From the NCBI RefSeq assembly GCF_006345805.1, contig NC_043013.1, forward strand, positions 11,966,001-12,030,000: 64,000 nt of DNA, given 5' to 3'. Each line of letters opens with the position of its first letter. Position 1 is the stretch's first letter. Below the pieces are notes generated by a model. That model searched no databases and was not told the origin of the DNA. It saw nothing but the letters and a program-made list of their open reading frames with translations. This stretch comes from Octopus sinensis (taxonomy: Eukaryota). Of the stretch, positions 28,306-43,061 are shown in pieces. The position numbers and the translations under genes are program-made.

Positions 28306-28495
28306 TGTATGTATGTAAATATGCCATTGTTGAGTTTTATTACAAGATTTCTTGTCAATACAGAAAAATCCAGGTTCTAATCTAGATCCAAGGCTCTTTC
28401 ATTGGAGTTTCAACAAATTCAACAGTGTATATGTGCATCTTTGCGTGCATGTGTGAAGTATTTTGAGTCAGTACTTGCGCAGATTTGTATGTTTT
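28306..28495 (-). mobile_element. Isolated 3' UTR of the (CATA)n-associated RLE LINE
   Basis: The reverse complement matches 12860-12960 and ends aataaaactcaacaatggcatatttacatacatac. Confidence 0.7.
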
Positions 28496-28519
28496 GGTCT
28501 ACGTATGTATTCTCATAGA

Positions 28520-29880
28520 TGTATACCGTTGTTTAGTTTTATTTCAAGATTTTTTACCGATAGAGAAAGAGCCGGTTTCTAACTTAGATTCAAGGTACCT
28601 TCATTGGAATTTCACCATCAGCAACAGGCCACGTTTGTTTGTATTTATGTGTATGTGCAGATTTGTTTGTTTTGCTTTATGTATGCAATTTCATGCATAT
28701 AGTTGCATATCTAGACATGCTCATATATACTTAAATGATAAACTTATGGAAAGTTTTACAGATTTTTACAGTTCCAGTGATGGATTGGGTCTGTAGTCTT
28801 CGAAATAACTTTCTCCTTACTGGTTTTGAGACGTCTAATTTCTGAAGATTAGTATTTATGCGGTATGTTACATATCTCAGGGCGCCAATAGTTACAAATA
28901 TAAGGCTGAACTTGTAATCTGGATAGAGTAACTGCAGATTTTTGAATAGTTCAGCATAGGTGTACTCTTTTTCACTGATCTTCAGCTTTATATTAACATC
29001 CGCTGAGTAGCTAATTTCTACAACTGTGCACAGTTTCTCTTCTCTATACTAACTCATTATATGAGGTCTATTGTGCTTACATTTTAGTGAGGTTTTCACT
29101 GAAACATTCCACTAGTACTCCTTTTTACTATGGTACAAGCTATGGCTTGTACCATACCGTGGGCTCTTAGTTCTTTGTCGTCGAGGTTATTCTTCCGACG
29201 GATTTCATTATAGAGTGCCCTAGCTACAGCATCATGTTTCATCGGTAGATAATACCATAATGATATATTCGGACAACTGCTTACGATGTAGGTGATATCT
29301 TCGGTGTTAAATCCACAAAGTCTGCTTTGGTTGTCACATTTTACTGCTTTCCTGCATCTTTGTCCCTTTTGTGCATCAGGTACTTGGTTGATATTTCCTG
29401 TTCCTGGATTTAAAGTGCATACCCTTCAAAGTGGGAGGTGGTAATACGTCTATTGGTCCATGATAAATTGCTTTGATGATTGATGTTACTATTATCTCGG
29501 AGCTTTCTAATAACTTTATCCATTCATAGACTTCTGCCCATATAGGCTCAAACTTTCATCTGATGATACGTTGTGATAGAGCCGTGCGACATCTTTGGGC
29601 ATGTATTCTAGATTATCAGACAAAGAATGTTGCTCAAGGAGCTGCCTTCCAAGTCTTATGATGTTATCAGCTACATATATACAAACTTGGTCAAGGGATG
29701 TACTTCAACACTTGCTGATTAAAAGATGTTGCCGAGGGGGCACGATGCATCATTCAAAGGCATGTTGGATCGATATTAAGCCTCTGCCGCCATGTTTTCG
29801 TTTTAGATAGCGGTGGTCTACATCACTGTTTATGTGGAAATTATGTGTTCTTGTTAGTATTTTTCGGGTTTTTACATCAA
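28520..29880 (-). mobile_element. RLE-type (R4/Dong-like) LINE 3' part, 5' end abutting (CATA)n
   Basis: The minus strand reads KTRKILT...YLKRKHGGRGLIS ... RLCGFNTEDITYIVSSCP ... MKHDAVARALYNEI ... HNRP ... VVEISYS ... TGTVKICKTF, then the 3' UTR. Confidence 0.9.
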
Positions 29881-29942
29881 TATGTATGTATGTATGTATG
29901 TATGATGTATATGTATGTATGTATGTATGTACGTATGTATGT

Positions 29943-30056
29943 ATAGAATATGTACTAAAATTGTAGGCTTTAAAAAAATAAGTTCTGGTGTGGAGTTATT
30001 CGACTAGACCCTTCAAGGCGGTGCTCCATCATAGCCGCAGATGACTGAAACAAGTA
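29943..30056 (+). mobile_element. SINE-A tail fragment
   Basis: aaggcggtgctccatcatagccgcagatgactgaaacaagta. Confidence 0.7.
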
Positions 30057-30739
30057 CACGAATATATGAAGATGCATATATTCATATGCGTACATAGACA
30101 CAGACACAAAAAACACATACACAGACATACACACACACACCTATACATATACTTAAACATATGCATATACATACAATATTTATGATGTATCATGTAGGAA
30201 TTTCATGTGATAACAATAAAGCAACAGTTTAGAAAGCTATAGAAAAGCAATAAATAAACATATAACCTTTGACATTTTGCGTAGAGACTTGTCTGATGTT
30301 GGATTGAAAGCCTCGTTACGACATAGAACCACATGCTCGTTAAATTTCGAGTTCATATCTACGTGGATATAACTTTACTTTACATCCTATCGGATTCAAT
30401 ACAACGAAGAACTAATGAAGTAGTGAGCCACAAGATTTAGGAACATATGATATTAATTTATAAACAATGTTTCACATAATTTGAGATTTTCAAATATAAA
30501 GGTTTCGTTGACGAAATTTTTTTGTTCAAAAATGAATAGTTTTCATCGAAGAGTGAACACCTACTGAAAAAAATAACATCCACCTCAAGGGTTTACAGTT
30601 GTCCGTTGTCCAATCAAAACTTACCAATAATGAACAATTTCAAGTACTTACTATTCAATATTTTCAGTGATGTTGAAGTCAGTTTATTAAAATAATCACC
30701 TTATACCGTTTATACATCCCTTCTCTCTCTCACTATCTA

Positions 30740-30771
<32 letters not shown>

Positions 30772-30910
30772 TCTATTTATTGTGAACGTGTGCATGTGCT
30801 AGTGGACGTGTGCGTGAGTTTATATGAGTATATATGCATATACATCTGTATATATATATATATACTCTCTTTTCCTCTTTTACTTGTTTCAGTCATATAT
30901 ATATATATAT

Positions 30911-31101
30911 GTTTGTGTGTCTGTGTTTGTCCCTTCAACATCGCTTGACAATCGATGCTAGTGTGTTTACGTTCGGCAAAAGATAGAATAAGTACTAGGC
31001 TAACAATGAATAAGTCCTGGGGTCGATTTGCTCGACTTAAAGGCGGTACTTCAGCATGGCCGCAGTCAAATGACTGAAACAAGTAAAAGAGGAAAAGAGA
31101 G
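30911..31101 (+). mobile_element. SINE-A 3' half inside an inverted duplication
   Basis: Tail identical in pattern to 47690-47882. Confidence 0.85.
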
Positions 31102-31382
31102 TATATATATATATATACAGATGTATATGCATATATACTCATATAAACTCACGCAAACGTCCACTCGCACATGCACACGTTCCCAATAAATAGATAGATA
31201 GATAGATAGACAGACAGATAGATAGGGAGAGAGAGAGTGTGAGAGAGAGAAGGTATATATACACACATCCATGCATGCAAATATGCACACCCCATATTAT
31301 GTATACTCATACATACACACACATATATACATACATACATACATGCATGCAGAAACACACACACACACACTATATATATATA

Positions 31383-31693
<311 letters not shown>

Positions 31694-32517
31694 CATATAT
31701 ATATATATAATTATGTATCTACGTTCTCGTTAGTGTATATTTATGGCGTTCGTTATACGAAGCTAGCGTTTGTCATACCTTTGTTTCATACATATTATTG
31801 TTGAAATGATATTCCATTGATAGTCTGGTTACATATTTTTCAGCCTGTAACTCACCTGTCTGCCCGAAACAGATATGCGCCTGGGGCACTGTCCCTTTCT
31901 TGGTCATGAAATAAAAATCAAAAACACATGTATTTATGTATGTATGTATGTATGAACACATGTAATACAGATGTTATATGATATTATATAAATATTATAC
32001 TAATATATTATATTGTATTAGATGATATTATATTAATATTATACTAATATTATAGTATATTAATTATATTATACTACATTATATTAATATTACAGGAGTA
32101 ATATTCTGTTCAAGTGTCGCTGAGACAATTGTAGAATTATACAAAAATACGTGTCGTTCACTCCCTACTCCTTGACAATGTATGTGTGTGAGTGTGTGTG
32201 TTTGGTGTGTGTGTGTGTGTGTGTGTGTTTGTGCATGCATGTATGTATGTATGTATATATGTGGGTGTATGTATGAGTATACATAATAGGGGGTGTGCAT
32301 ATTTGCATGCATGGATGTGTGTATATATACATACACAAAAACACACATACACAAACGTATATATACATATATGTATATATATACATATTTATATATGTAT
32401 ATATAATGTATATATATTATATTATATATATATATATATGTATATATATTATATATATATGTATATATATATGCATATCTAGTATGTATATATATGTATA
32501 TATATATTGCATGTATG

Positions 32518-32557
<40 letters not shown>

Positions 32558-33645
32558 CTTTTTCAAGTGTTTGTGACTGTTCGTTTCTCCAAGATTAAAT
32601 CTTATCGAATAGGACGAATAATTCTGTGTGTGTGTGTGTGTGTAGTAGCACACATATATATAAATATTTATGTACAATTATATACACGAATATATATATA
32701 TATACATAATATATATATATATATATATTTGAGTATTTGTATATACACGCGCACATATATTTGTGGATATATCTATACGTATAATATGCATGCATCTATA
32801 TATGTCTGTACTTGTGCGTGTGTGGTTTGTGCGAGAATGTGTGTATGTGTGCAGTATATACATATGTGTACGTACACATATACATTGAAATGTCTCTCTC
32901 TCCCCCTCTCTCTCTCTCTCTCTTCTCATCATCATCTCCCCACTCACACTCACACACTGTCTGTCTCCCTTTCTGTTGCACATCATCACCCAAACACAAC
33001 CGCCACCCGAACACACGCCTCCCCCTCACACAGCTCAGACTCATCACACACAAACAACCACACAGATACACGCACACACACACACACACACACACAAACA
33101 ACAACAAAACACTCACTCACACACACACACACAGAGACGCACACACACACAAACACACAAACACACACGCACCTCTACCGTCTTAATTCTACCCCAACAC
33201 TCACTCCCTATACAATACTCCCATGACCACCACCACCACCACCTCTATCACCACCACCGCCGCCCCAACCACCAGCACTACCTCGCACCCCACCACCATA
33301 CATTTCTCTCCCTTTCTCTCCTTCTCACAATTTCTCTCTCTCTCTTTCCCGCCGCCTCTATCTCCCTGCCACTCTCTCTCTCTCTCTCTCTTTCTTTCTC
33401 CCTCACTCTCCTCTCGCTAAGCAATCAAGTAGTTGATAAATGAAGACGGATTTATAAATTTCCCCACGGACTTCATTGCGCAGTGAAACAGTGAAACTGT
33501 GTCTAACTAAGGAGGAAATCAGGCGAACACATTGCATTTAATAAGATCAGCCAATTTTTACAAACGTTACAAAACTTACCAACTTCTTTACCTTAGTTCA
33601 CACCACACACACACACTCAAGTAAACCCACACCCGCAAAAACACT

Positions 33646-33681
<36 letters not shown>

Positions 33682-34684
33682 TTCTCTATCCTTTTCTCAC
33701 TCTCTCTCTCTCTCTCTCTCTCTCACACATACGAATACACGCAATCTTACACGTACGCGCAGTGCACATACGCCTACTCAAATCCATATATAATACGTAG
33801 CATATACACATACAATGTAGATGCAGTACGTGTATATGCACACAAATACACACATGCACACAGAGAAATATGCAGATACACACATTCACACACTCAGGAA
33901 CACACACTCAGATATACACGCATACATACATACAGACTCGCGCATACATACGTTCATTCAAGAAAGGTATACATTAATACAAAGAGAAAAGAAACAGGCG
34001 CATACATCCTTCATGAAGTACCTACATACACATATACAAATCTACGGAGGCACACACACACACAAACACACATTCACACACACTCACAGAAACACGCATA
34101 CACATACGCAAGCAGCCGCTCACACGCAAATACCCTTACATATATATATATACATTGAAAACACTCCTACGCATATACATACCGACGACATCGCAAACAC
34201 ATACAGAATCTACGCGTAATATACGTATGCACAAACACACAACGAAAAACGCATACACATACACACGCATACACACACATATACACAGAGGCACACACGT
34301 ACTCACACGCACGTTTCACAAACATACAGATGCGTATGACGAAACAATAAAACATATATACATATATACATAGAGATTCAATACACGATACCTAAGATGT
34401 AAAAGATTATGGGGTGGTGTATATGAATCTAAGACACTTAGAAACAAGACACATATCTACAATATACACACACATGCACACACATAGCAACACACACATA
34501 TACACGAATATATATATGTACATATATATAAATGTGTTGTATGTATATATATATGAAAACATATGTTTATATATAGATATATGTGTATATAGATATGCAT
34601 ATATATGTATATATATTTACATATCTATATATGTATATACATGTATATACATATATATATATGCATATATATATATATGTATGC

Positions 34685-34727
<43 letters not shown>

Positions 34728-34838
34728 TACATATATTATATATATTTGTACATATAGGTATATATATATATATATACATATATGAGATATACATAGATCC
34801 ATTATATATATGTATATATGTATATATATGTATATATG

Positions 34839-34894
<56 letters not shown>

Positions 34895-35347
34895 ATAATC
34901 TATCGTATACGTGCCGAAATAGAAAATACACAAGCGCGCGTATGTCAGCATTTATATAATTAATGAGTGTGTGCTTGTGTGTATGCGTGTGTGTCTGTGT
35001 GTCTGTGTGTGTGGCTCGGTTTATATGTAAGTAGTAATGCAGAAATGTAATAATACACACACACGCGCGCATGTATGTGTTCACATGCGCGGGTCTTTGT
35101 GTGCTTATTTGTGTCAGACATTTTCATACGTTATAAATATCTGCAGAAAAATATTTGTATGAAGTCTTGGTTAGCCTGGTTGATGAAAAAAAACATACAT
35201 ATATATAAATAACAAAAGTTCATAGTATTTTTATGTTATTTCTACTTTACTATTCCTTACAATAAATACCCGTTAGACACATACCTATGAACATACATAA
35301 CCATTCAGAAACATATGTAGAAAGACACACGTAGACACAGGTGAATA

Positions 35348-35403
<56 letters not shown>

Positions 35404-35679
35404 GATGATGATAGATAGATAGATAGATAGATGATAGATAGATAGAAGATAGATAGATTGATAGATAGATATACACATATATATACACGTATTATATACA
35501 CACATATATATATATGCATATATATAAATATATAAATATATATATAAATATATGTATGTATATATATAAATATATATATAAATATAGTATGTATATATAT
35601 AATATATATAAATATATATATACAATATATAAGCATATATATGTATATATGTAGATATATATGCATTTTATGTATGTGC

Positions 35680-35717
<38 letters not shown>

Positions 35718-36084
35718 ATATATGCATGCATGTATACATATATGTGTATATTTATTTGCATGCTTATGTATTTGTGTCTCCTGCACACACACACACACAT
35801 ATTATTGCACTTATTATTTTTATTAATATCATTAATAATATTCTTTTTGTTGCTATTGTTGTTTTATATTTATTATATTTGTAGTTGTTATTTTTAATAA
35901 CATTATCATTATTACAATTTTCTTTCCTTTTATTTTTTACCTGGCTGATTTCTTTTTTATTTTTTTTATTTTTTTAGAAATCGTTCGACATTTCTCAGAA
36001 CAACGTCATCAACTAATAACATGACAAAAGACAACAACTACCGCGACGACACATACGACTAAATTTCCTACTACTACTACTACA

Positions 36085-36121
<37 letters not shown>

Positions 36122-36160
36122 GTAATAATAATAATAGTAATAATAATAATAATAATAATG

Positions 36161-36206
<46 letters not shown>

Positions 36207-36265
36207 AGCTACCTCACCCACAACCATCACAGCCATTGCAGTAGCTGCTGCTGCTACTACTACTG

Positions 36266-36307
<42 letters not shown>

Positions 36308-36315
36308 GTACTACT
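36085..36315. repeat. (TAA)n followed by (CTA)n microsatellites
   Basis: Direct reading. Confidence 0.9.
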
Positions 36316-37036
36316 ACAATATTATAATTGATGCGACTATGTAACTTAGCGTCTTATAAAATGTCTTCCTAATAATATATATATATATATATATAAATAC
36401 ATATATATATATATATACTCAGTTATATATATGCATATATATATGTGTGTGTGTGTGTGTGCGTATGTATCAATCATTACACTGAACTTATCAAGAGAGA
36501 ACGAAAACATGTGTCTCCGACAGAAGTAACAAAAAAAAACACAAAACAAAAACAATTCATCTGAAGTCAGGAATGAAAAAATTGTTATAGGGCTTCTTTT
36601 TTGCACCTCTCTTCCTGTACACTCCAATGATTATTGGAATTGAGTCCCGTATGACTTTTCAGAATTCATTCCGTATACGTTTTTTTTTTTTTTTTTTGGT
36701 ATCAAAGTCATCCCGGCGTTTTAGGCGTCATTTCACAAGAGTTATGTCACTCAGCGTCCATCAGAACTACGAATAATCTTTCATAGCTTATATCGGAATT
36801 TCTACAAATTTCTGTAGAATTTGTCATCTGAACATTTACAAATACTTTCAAATAGCTTTCATCGAACCATCTTGAGCAAGTGTTTTCTACTTTAGCCCCG
36901 TACCAACCGAAGACTTGTGGGTAGATTTAGCAGACGAAACTAAAAGAAGTCTGTTGTGTATACATATATATGTGCATGTATATGTGTGCGTATATGTATA
37001 TATACATATTTATGTGTGTATATATGTATATATATG

Positions 37037-37245
37037 TTTCTTTATTACCCACAAGGGGATAAACATAGAGGGGACAAACAAGGACAGACAAACGAATTAA
37101 GTCGATTACATCGACCCCAGTGCGTATCTGGTACTTAATTTATCGACCCCGAAAGGATGAAAGGCAAAGTCGACCTAGGCGGAATTTGAACCCAGAATGC
37201 AACGGCAGACGAAATACGGCTACGCATTTCGTCCGCCGTGCTAAC
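37037..37245 (-). mobile_element. SINE-B, missing the extreme 5' head
   Basis: Reverse complement of core and tail1. Confidence 0.85.
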
Positions 37246-38768
37246 ATATATATATATGCTTATCATGTGTATGTATATATCTATGTGTGTGTGTGCGTGT
37301 ATTTTCACCGACGCTTGACATCTTGTGTCCCCATGAATTGGCCATTTGGTAAAAGGATTCCGATAATGTAAATAACAGGTTTCAAAAATAAATACGGGAT
37401 CAACTTTTTTTGAAAAAACCGTTGAAGGCAGGGCCCCGATTGGCCGCTGTCTAGTGACCTATCGCGGGGGTTTTGGAACGCAACACCTGCAATAGAAGAG
37501 GAATTACTGTAGTAACATATGTAACTAAATAGATTAAATAATTGTTAGTAGATATCATATTAATCTTAAAATATAAATTAAATGTTAAATATGATTATAG
37601 GTATTTACAGGTAACTATATTATTATGTATGGTTTACTGAAACTTTAATTTAAGTACGTATCTCAGAAATATGTGATTAATATTATATAATAATTAATAA
37701 ATTTAACTTAAAGTTATGACGTATTAATAATGGTTTTAATTTTATTAATTTTTAATTGTATAATTTTTTAATTTTATTTTGATTTGTTAACATTTATGTT
37801 TTCCTTAATTGATATCGTTGATATCTATTCTAACTATAAAGAGATACATTATGCACAAATATTGGTGACGTAGTATTCAGATATGGTAATCAGTAAGCAG
37901 CTTTTGATTCGTCATCGTTTCGTAACTTCCAACATATTTAGCTTACGCTTGCACAAACGCATAAAATATATTACATATTTGTAACTATAATTTTAAAAGT
38001 TAAATAAACAGTATTTATTTAACTTTTAAAAATTACAATAACCTATAGTTTAACTATAATTCCCAGAATGCAACTGAGTAACTTATAATAAATTTCTTTA
38101 ATGATTAACTAATTTATGGACTATCATAAGTAATAAGATAAATTACGATCAGTGATATTAGCTCATGTTAAAGTAATCATATCGTTTAAATTAACTAAAG
38201 GATACTCTTGCTTTGTTTGTTAACATGTTACACACGCAAGTTCACAGATGTATTAAACAAATTTGCATATACACATACATTAATAACGGTTTTTTAAATA
38301 TACATTGAATAACGCATATATTTTAGGCGATCAAGGGTCAACAAACTCACTGAGTGTAGTTTCTTTTATATAGGATCCTTCCCTTGAAGAAATACCCAAT
38401 TAACAATATTCGATATGAAAATTTAATTTAATTTAATTTAACTTAATTCTTCAAATTGAATGAATTGGGCATGGAAACAGCTGTAGGAGCAAGGAATTTC
38501 ATATTGTACAGAATTTAATATGTTCAAATAAACTGTTGTCTATACGTCAGTTCCTCTGTTTCCTTTTTCTATTACTTTAATAATTTATACCTATATCCAC
38601 CAATGCGATACTAACATCTTTGGCTTTTCACCGACACTGGATAAAACCGGCGAACGTGGATGTTGACAACCCTTTAAGAGGATTTTATAGTCCTGATTTA
38701 AATGAATACATACATACACACACACACATACACACACACGCACACACACACACCACATATATATATAG

Positions 38769-38937
38769 ATCGCCATGATAGATCGGTAGCCACTACACAC
38801 ATCTTTCCTCTCCTTGTTTCTTTCTGTGTTCCTTTATGTGGAAAAGCGTAGGCTCAATTCCTGGGCGTTATACTAATACATCTGTTTGTTTTCTACACCA
38901 CCTGTCTTCATCTTTTGTTTTTTTCGTGAATTCTCCC
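38769..38937 (+). mobile_element. (TA)n-embedded element with a broken hammerhead-like core
   Basis: Same layout as 5296-5508: pyrimidine leader, tgtggaaaagcgtaggctc, GAAAC missing, U-rich tail into (TA)n. Confidence 0.4.
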
Positions 38938-38957
38938 TATATATATATATATATATA

Positions 38958-39139
38958 TGGTTAAAATTAATTAATTAAGAAGTAATCAATAATTCACCAA
39001 GCAGAATTCGGCATGAAAAAAGGACCATTTCATGGTAAACTTAAGTAATACTTAATAATTAGGGTTCAGCAAAGATTTGCCTTACCACATACCGAAGTTC
39101 GGTATGTGGTAAGGAAAATCTTTGCTGAACCCTAATTAT

Positions 39140-39140
<1 letters not shown>
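38958..39140 (-). mobile_element. Fold-back element between (TA)n arrays
   Basis: 43-bp arms at 39054-39096 and 39098-39140 with one mismatch and a 1-nt loop. Confidence 0.75.
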
Positions 39141-39219
<79 letters not shown>

Positions 39220-39247
39220 ATGTATATGTATATTTATATTATATATA

Positions 39248-39309
<62 letters not shown>

Positions 39310-39949
39310 TCGCTCTGTGTGTGAGTGTGTGTGTGGCATCGCTAACATTAGACTTTAGCCACAGTAACATTGCTGATATATGACAGATTACTTCAGTTTG
39401 TTTCGCGTATTGTCAATTACATTCCAGAAGAGTGTTTATAAATGTCATTATATACTTTTCACCAAGCGTTTAAAATATTATCATATCAGCTCTATCGGAA
39501 GATGTAATTGAGCTGTCACTTAATTTACATATTTACAAATACAGTGCAGGTAACCACCCACGAACTTCTAAACTAACAAACTGAATTAACAAACCATTTT
39601 TCTGAAGAAAATAAACTTGCAAGAGCTGGAATTTGATCAACGAACCACAAGTAAAGCACGCAGATGTATTAGTGACTAGGCGCCCATTCGTTAGCGAGGT
39701 GAAATTTGAACAAGCCAACAGATGAGAGGCCGGGAAAGCGTGAACAGACAGTTCATTAATGCCCTTGTAAGGATTTCATGTAGCTTGTACAATGTCATAC
39801 TTCATATTAAAAAAAACATTTTTTAAAGTTTTCGATTAATTCTTAAACCATGGCAGAAGGAAGAGGAAGGTAAACGGATGCACGCGTGCATACAAACACA
39901 CACACACACACACACACACACATACTTATGCATACATACATGGTGGCTG

Positions 39950-40490
39950 TCCCCTCGTTATCGAGTATGGCCATTGCACGAAGTTTAATCAATGTTGTTA
40001 TCGTCCAATGCCTGTGCATGAAGATTTTTTTTAAGTGAGGAAAGGTTGTGCACTGAGTCAATATCACTCACTAAACAACAGCAGCCATAATCCGAAAAGA
40101 AGAACAAGTCAACATCATCGGTAACCACTGAGCCGCAGGTTTTATGTCGGCGTTATCCCAGTTACCTGAGTTACCTTCTCCTAGAAGGATGCCTTAACAA
40201 AGGCTAGGAGTCCTTCACTCCCAATGGCTTAACTGTGCGATCGGGTATTCGGTCCGATTATTTCTATGTTCCCGCGCATGATACAGCCTTAAGAGATTTA
40301 TTGGATGGCCGTTGACTCTCAAGAGTTCCTCCGCCCTTTGACGGGTTTTGTTTTTCATCCCGCAGGGTGTCCAATAAACACCCTCCTCACCAAGCAAACT
40401 TGGTGGGGTTGCTGGTTTAGTCGCCGACGACCCGACCATGCAACAGGTGTACTGGGTTACATATTACCAGTAGCACTCGAAAGTGACCTG
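39950..40490 (-). mobile_element. Structured segment resembling an RTE-clade LINE 5' UTR
   Basis: The minus strand contains ggcatccttctaggagaaggtaactc, similar from memory to an RTE 5' UTR motif, plus several hairpins. Unverified. Confidence 0.35.
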
Positions 40491-40518
40491 ACATACATAC
40501 ATACATGCATACATACAT

Positions 40519-40555
<37 letters not shown>

Positions 40556-40878
40556 ACACAACACACACACACACACACACACACACATATGAAAGTATTT
40601 ATGTATTTGCTAATGATAAATGCACAAGCAAAACAGCATTTCATGCCTGTATGTGGAAACTAATGTGGCTTGAAACGGGTGGTTTCTATTTATATCTAGT
40701 CCAATTACTTATATAACGAACAATTTGACTAACGAAGAGGCCTCTGGAATGGATTTTGCTAGTGTATAAAAACGCCTCTGTAATATTACTTGGTTCCCTT
40801 CAAAATATTTTACAAACATTCCCCTATAGCTTTCGCTAGAACATCTATAAATACTGTTACCTAGTACCTACAAATATT

Positions 40879-41294
40879 TATTTTTTGTTTCCCACTGGGG
40901 GCTGAACATAGAGGAGACAAACAAGGACAGACAAGGGGATTAAGTCGATTATACCGACCCCAGGGCGTAAATGGTACTTATTTAATCGACCCCAAAAGGA
41001 TGAAAGGCAAAGTCGACCTCGGCAGATTTTGAACTCAGAACGTAACGGCAGACGAAATACCTATTTCTTTATTACCCACAAGTGGCTAAACACAGAGGGG
41101 ACAAACAAGGACAGACATAGGTATTAAGTCGATTACATCGACCCCAGTGCGTAACTGGTACTTAATTTATCGACCCCGAAAGGATGAAAGGCAAAGTCGA
41201 TTTCGGCGGATTTTGAACTCAGAACGTAACGGTAGACGAAATACCGCTAGGCATTTCGCCCGGCGTGCTAACGTTTCTGCCAGCTCGCCGCCTT
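40879..41294 (-). mobile_element. SINE-B dimer inside one 18-bp TSD
   Basis: cta(g/a)tacctacaaatatt at 40861-40878 and 41295-41312; junction at 41054-41067. Confidence 0.9.
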
Positions 41295-41823
41295 CTAATA
41301 CCTACAAATATTGCCGTATGTCGTATATCAGACACTTACAAATATTGTCGCATGTCTTACATCAGATTGTCGCATAGCTAACATCAATAATGTTCCATAG
41401 TTTCACTACAACCTCCACAACTACTATCATCTGTTTCACAGAAGTCTCTTAAAGGCATTGACACATCGACTCCATCAAAACTTCTTCAAGTATTTTCTCA
41501 TAGTTTCCACTGAAAATTCTATGAATAATTTTCAAAGATAATTTTTCTGTCAGATACATTTCTAGAAAACATTAGAGTTGATTTCTAGAAATATTCCATT
41601 AAACCGATCGATTAATTACAGAAATGCGTACGCGTGCAACTTGTACGCCCATTACACTTCATATCATTGTCAACGTTGTCATCGTTTACATCATCACCAA
41701 CATCACTACAATGAAGCTTATATGCATATAATGTACATCCTTGTTCATATACAATCTATCACTCTCTCTCCCTCTCTCTCACACACACACAGACACAAAG
41801 ATGCATGCAAACACGCACATGTA

Positions 41824-41974
41824 TTCCGCCGAGGTCAACTTTGACCTTTCATCCTTTCGGGGTCGATAAATAAAGTACCAGTTTCGCACTGGGGGCGATA
41901 TAATCGATTCAATCCCTTCGTCTGTCCTTGTTTGTCCCCTCTATGTTTAGCCCCTGTTGGGCAGTAAAGAAATA
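41824..41974 (+). mobile_element. 5'-truncated SINE-B
   Basis: ttccgccgaggtcaac ... aaagaaata. Confidence 0.85.
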
Positions 41975-42042
41975 TATATATATAATATATATTATATATA
42001 TATATACACAACGCACACACAACACATACATATACTTATATA

Positions 42043-42080
<38 letters not shown>

Positions 42081-42094
<14 letters not shown>

Positions 42095-42315
42095 CTGAGA
42101 ATGTGCATCTGTCTGGCTGTCTGTCTGTGTGAATCCCTAACACTCGAGAACTACACAACCAATTTCATTCAAATTTTACGCATGCTTTACTTAGGGTCCA
42201 TGTAGTGTCATGGGCAAAAAAATGTTTAACTACTCGCCTAGGGCGAGCTCACAGCAATATCACATCTTCTCCACTATTTCAGTATTACGTGTTCAGAGTT
42301 AAACAAAAGCATCTC
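42081..42315 (+). mobile_element. Helitron/Helentron-like non-autonomous 5' fragment
   Basis: tatatatgaaactgag ... ctgtctgtctgtg ... aactacacaaccaatttcattcaaatttt layout; no 3' CTAG seen. Confidence 0.4.
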
Positions 42316-42344
42316 TCTATTGTATGTATATGGATGTATATATA

Positions 42345-42389
<45 letters not shown>

Positions 42390-42390
42390 A

Positions 42391-42431
<41 letters not shown>

Positions 42432-42614
42432 GTATATATATATGGATGAATATGTATACATGTATATGTATAGCTGTATAGATATACATGTATGTCTACA
42501 TGTATATATAGATATACATGTAATATGTACACATATATATATATACACATATATACACGCATACATATATACACCCATACACACATACACCCCCCCACAC
42601 ACACACACATACAT

Positions 42615-42930
42615 AGGTGCAGGTGGGGCAACAAACTTGGTTCCAAAAGACATGGTCCTCAGTTCAGTCCCACTGTGAGGTAACTTGGCATGTGTCTTCT
42701 GCTATAGCCTCAGACCAACCAAAGCCTTGTCAGTGGATTTTTAAACAGAAACCGAAAGAAATCAATTGTATGTATATATAAGAATATATGTAAGTCTATG
42801 CGTGTGTCTTTGTGTTTCTCCCATATCACTGCTTCCCAACTGGTGTTCGTTTATTTATATCCCCATAACTTACTGGTTTCACAAGAAGATACTGATAGAA
42901 TAATTACCAGGCTTATCAAAATATAAAAAC
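42615..42930 (+). mobile_element. Diverged SINE-A relative
   Basis: ttcagtcccactgtg ... gtgtcttctgctatagcc ... aaagccttgt. Confidence 0.65.
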
Positions 42931-42991
42931 AGCACTATGCAGTGTCTCATATTTTTGTATGCCCGCTCAGTTGTATCTATCAATTTATCTT

Positions 42992-43061
<70 letters not shown>

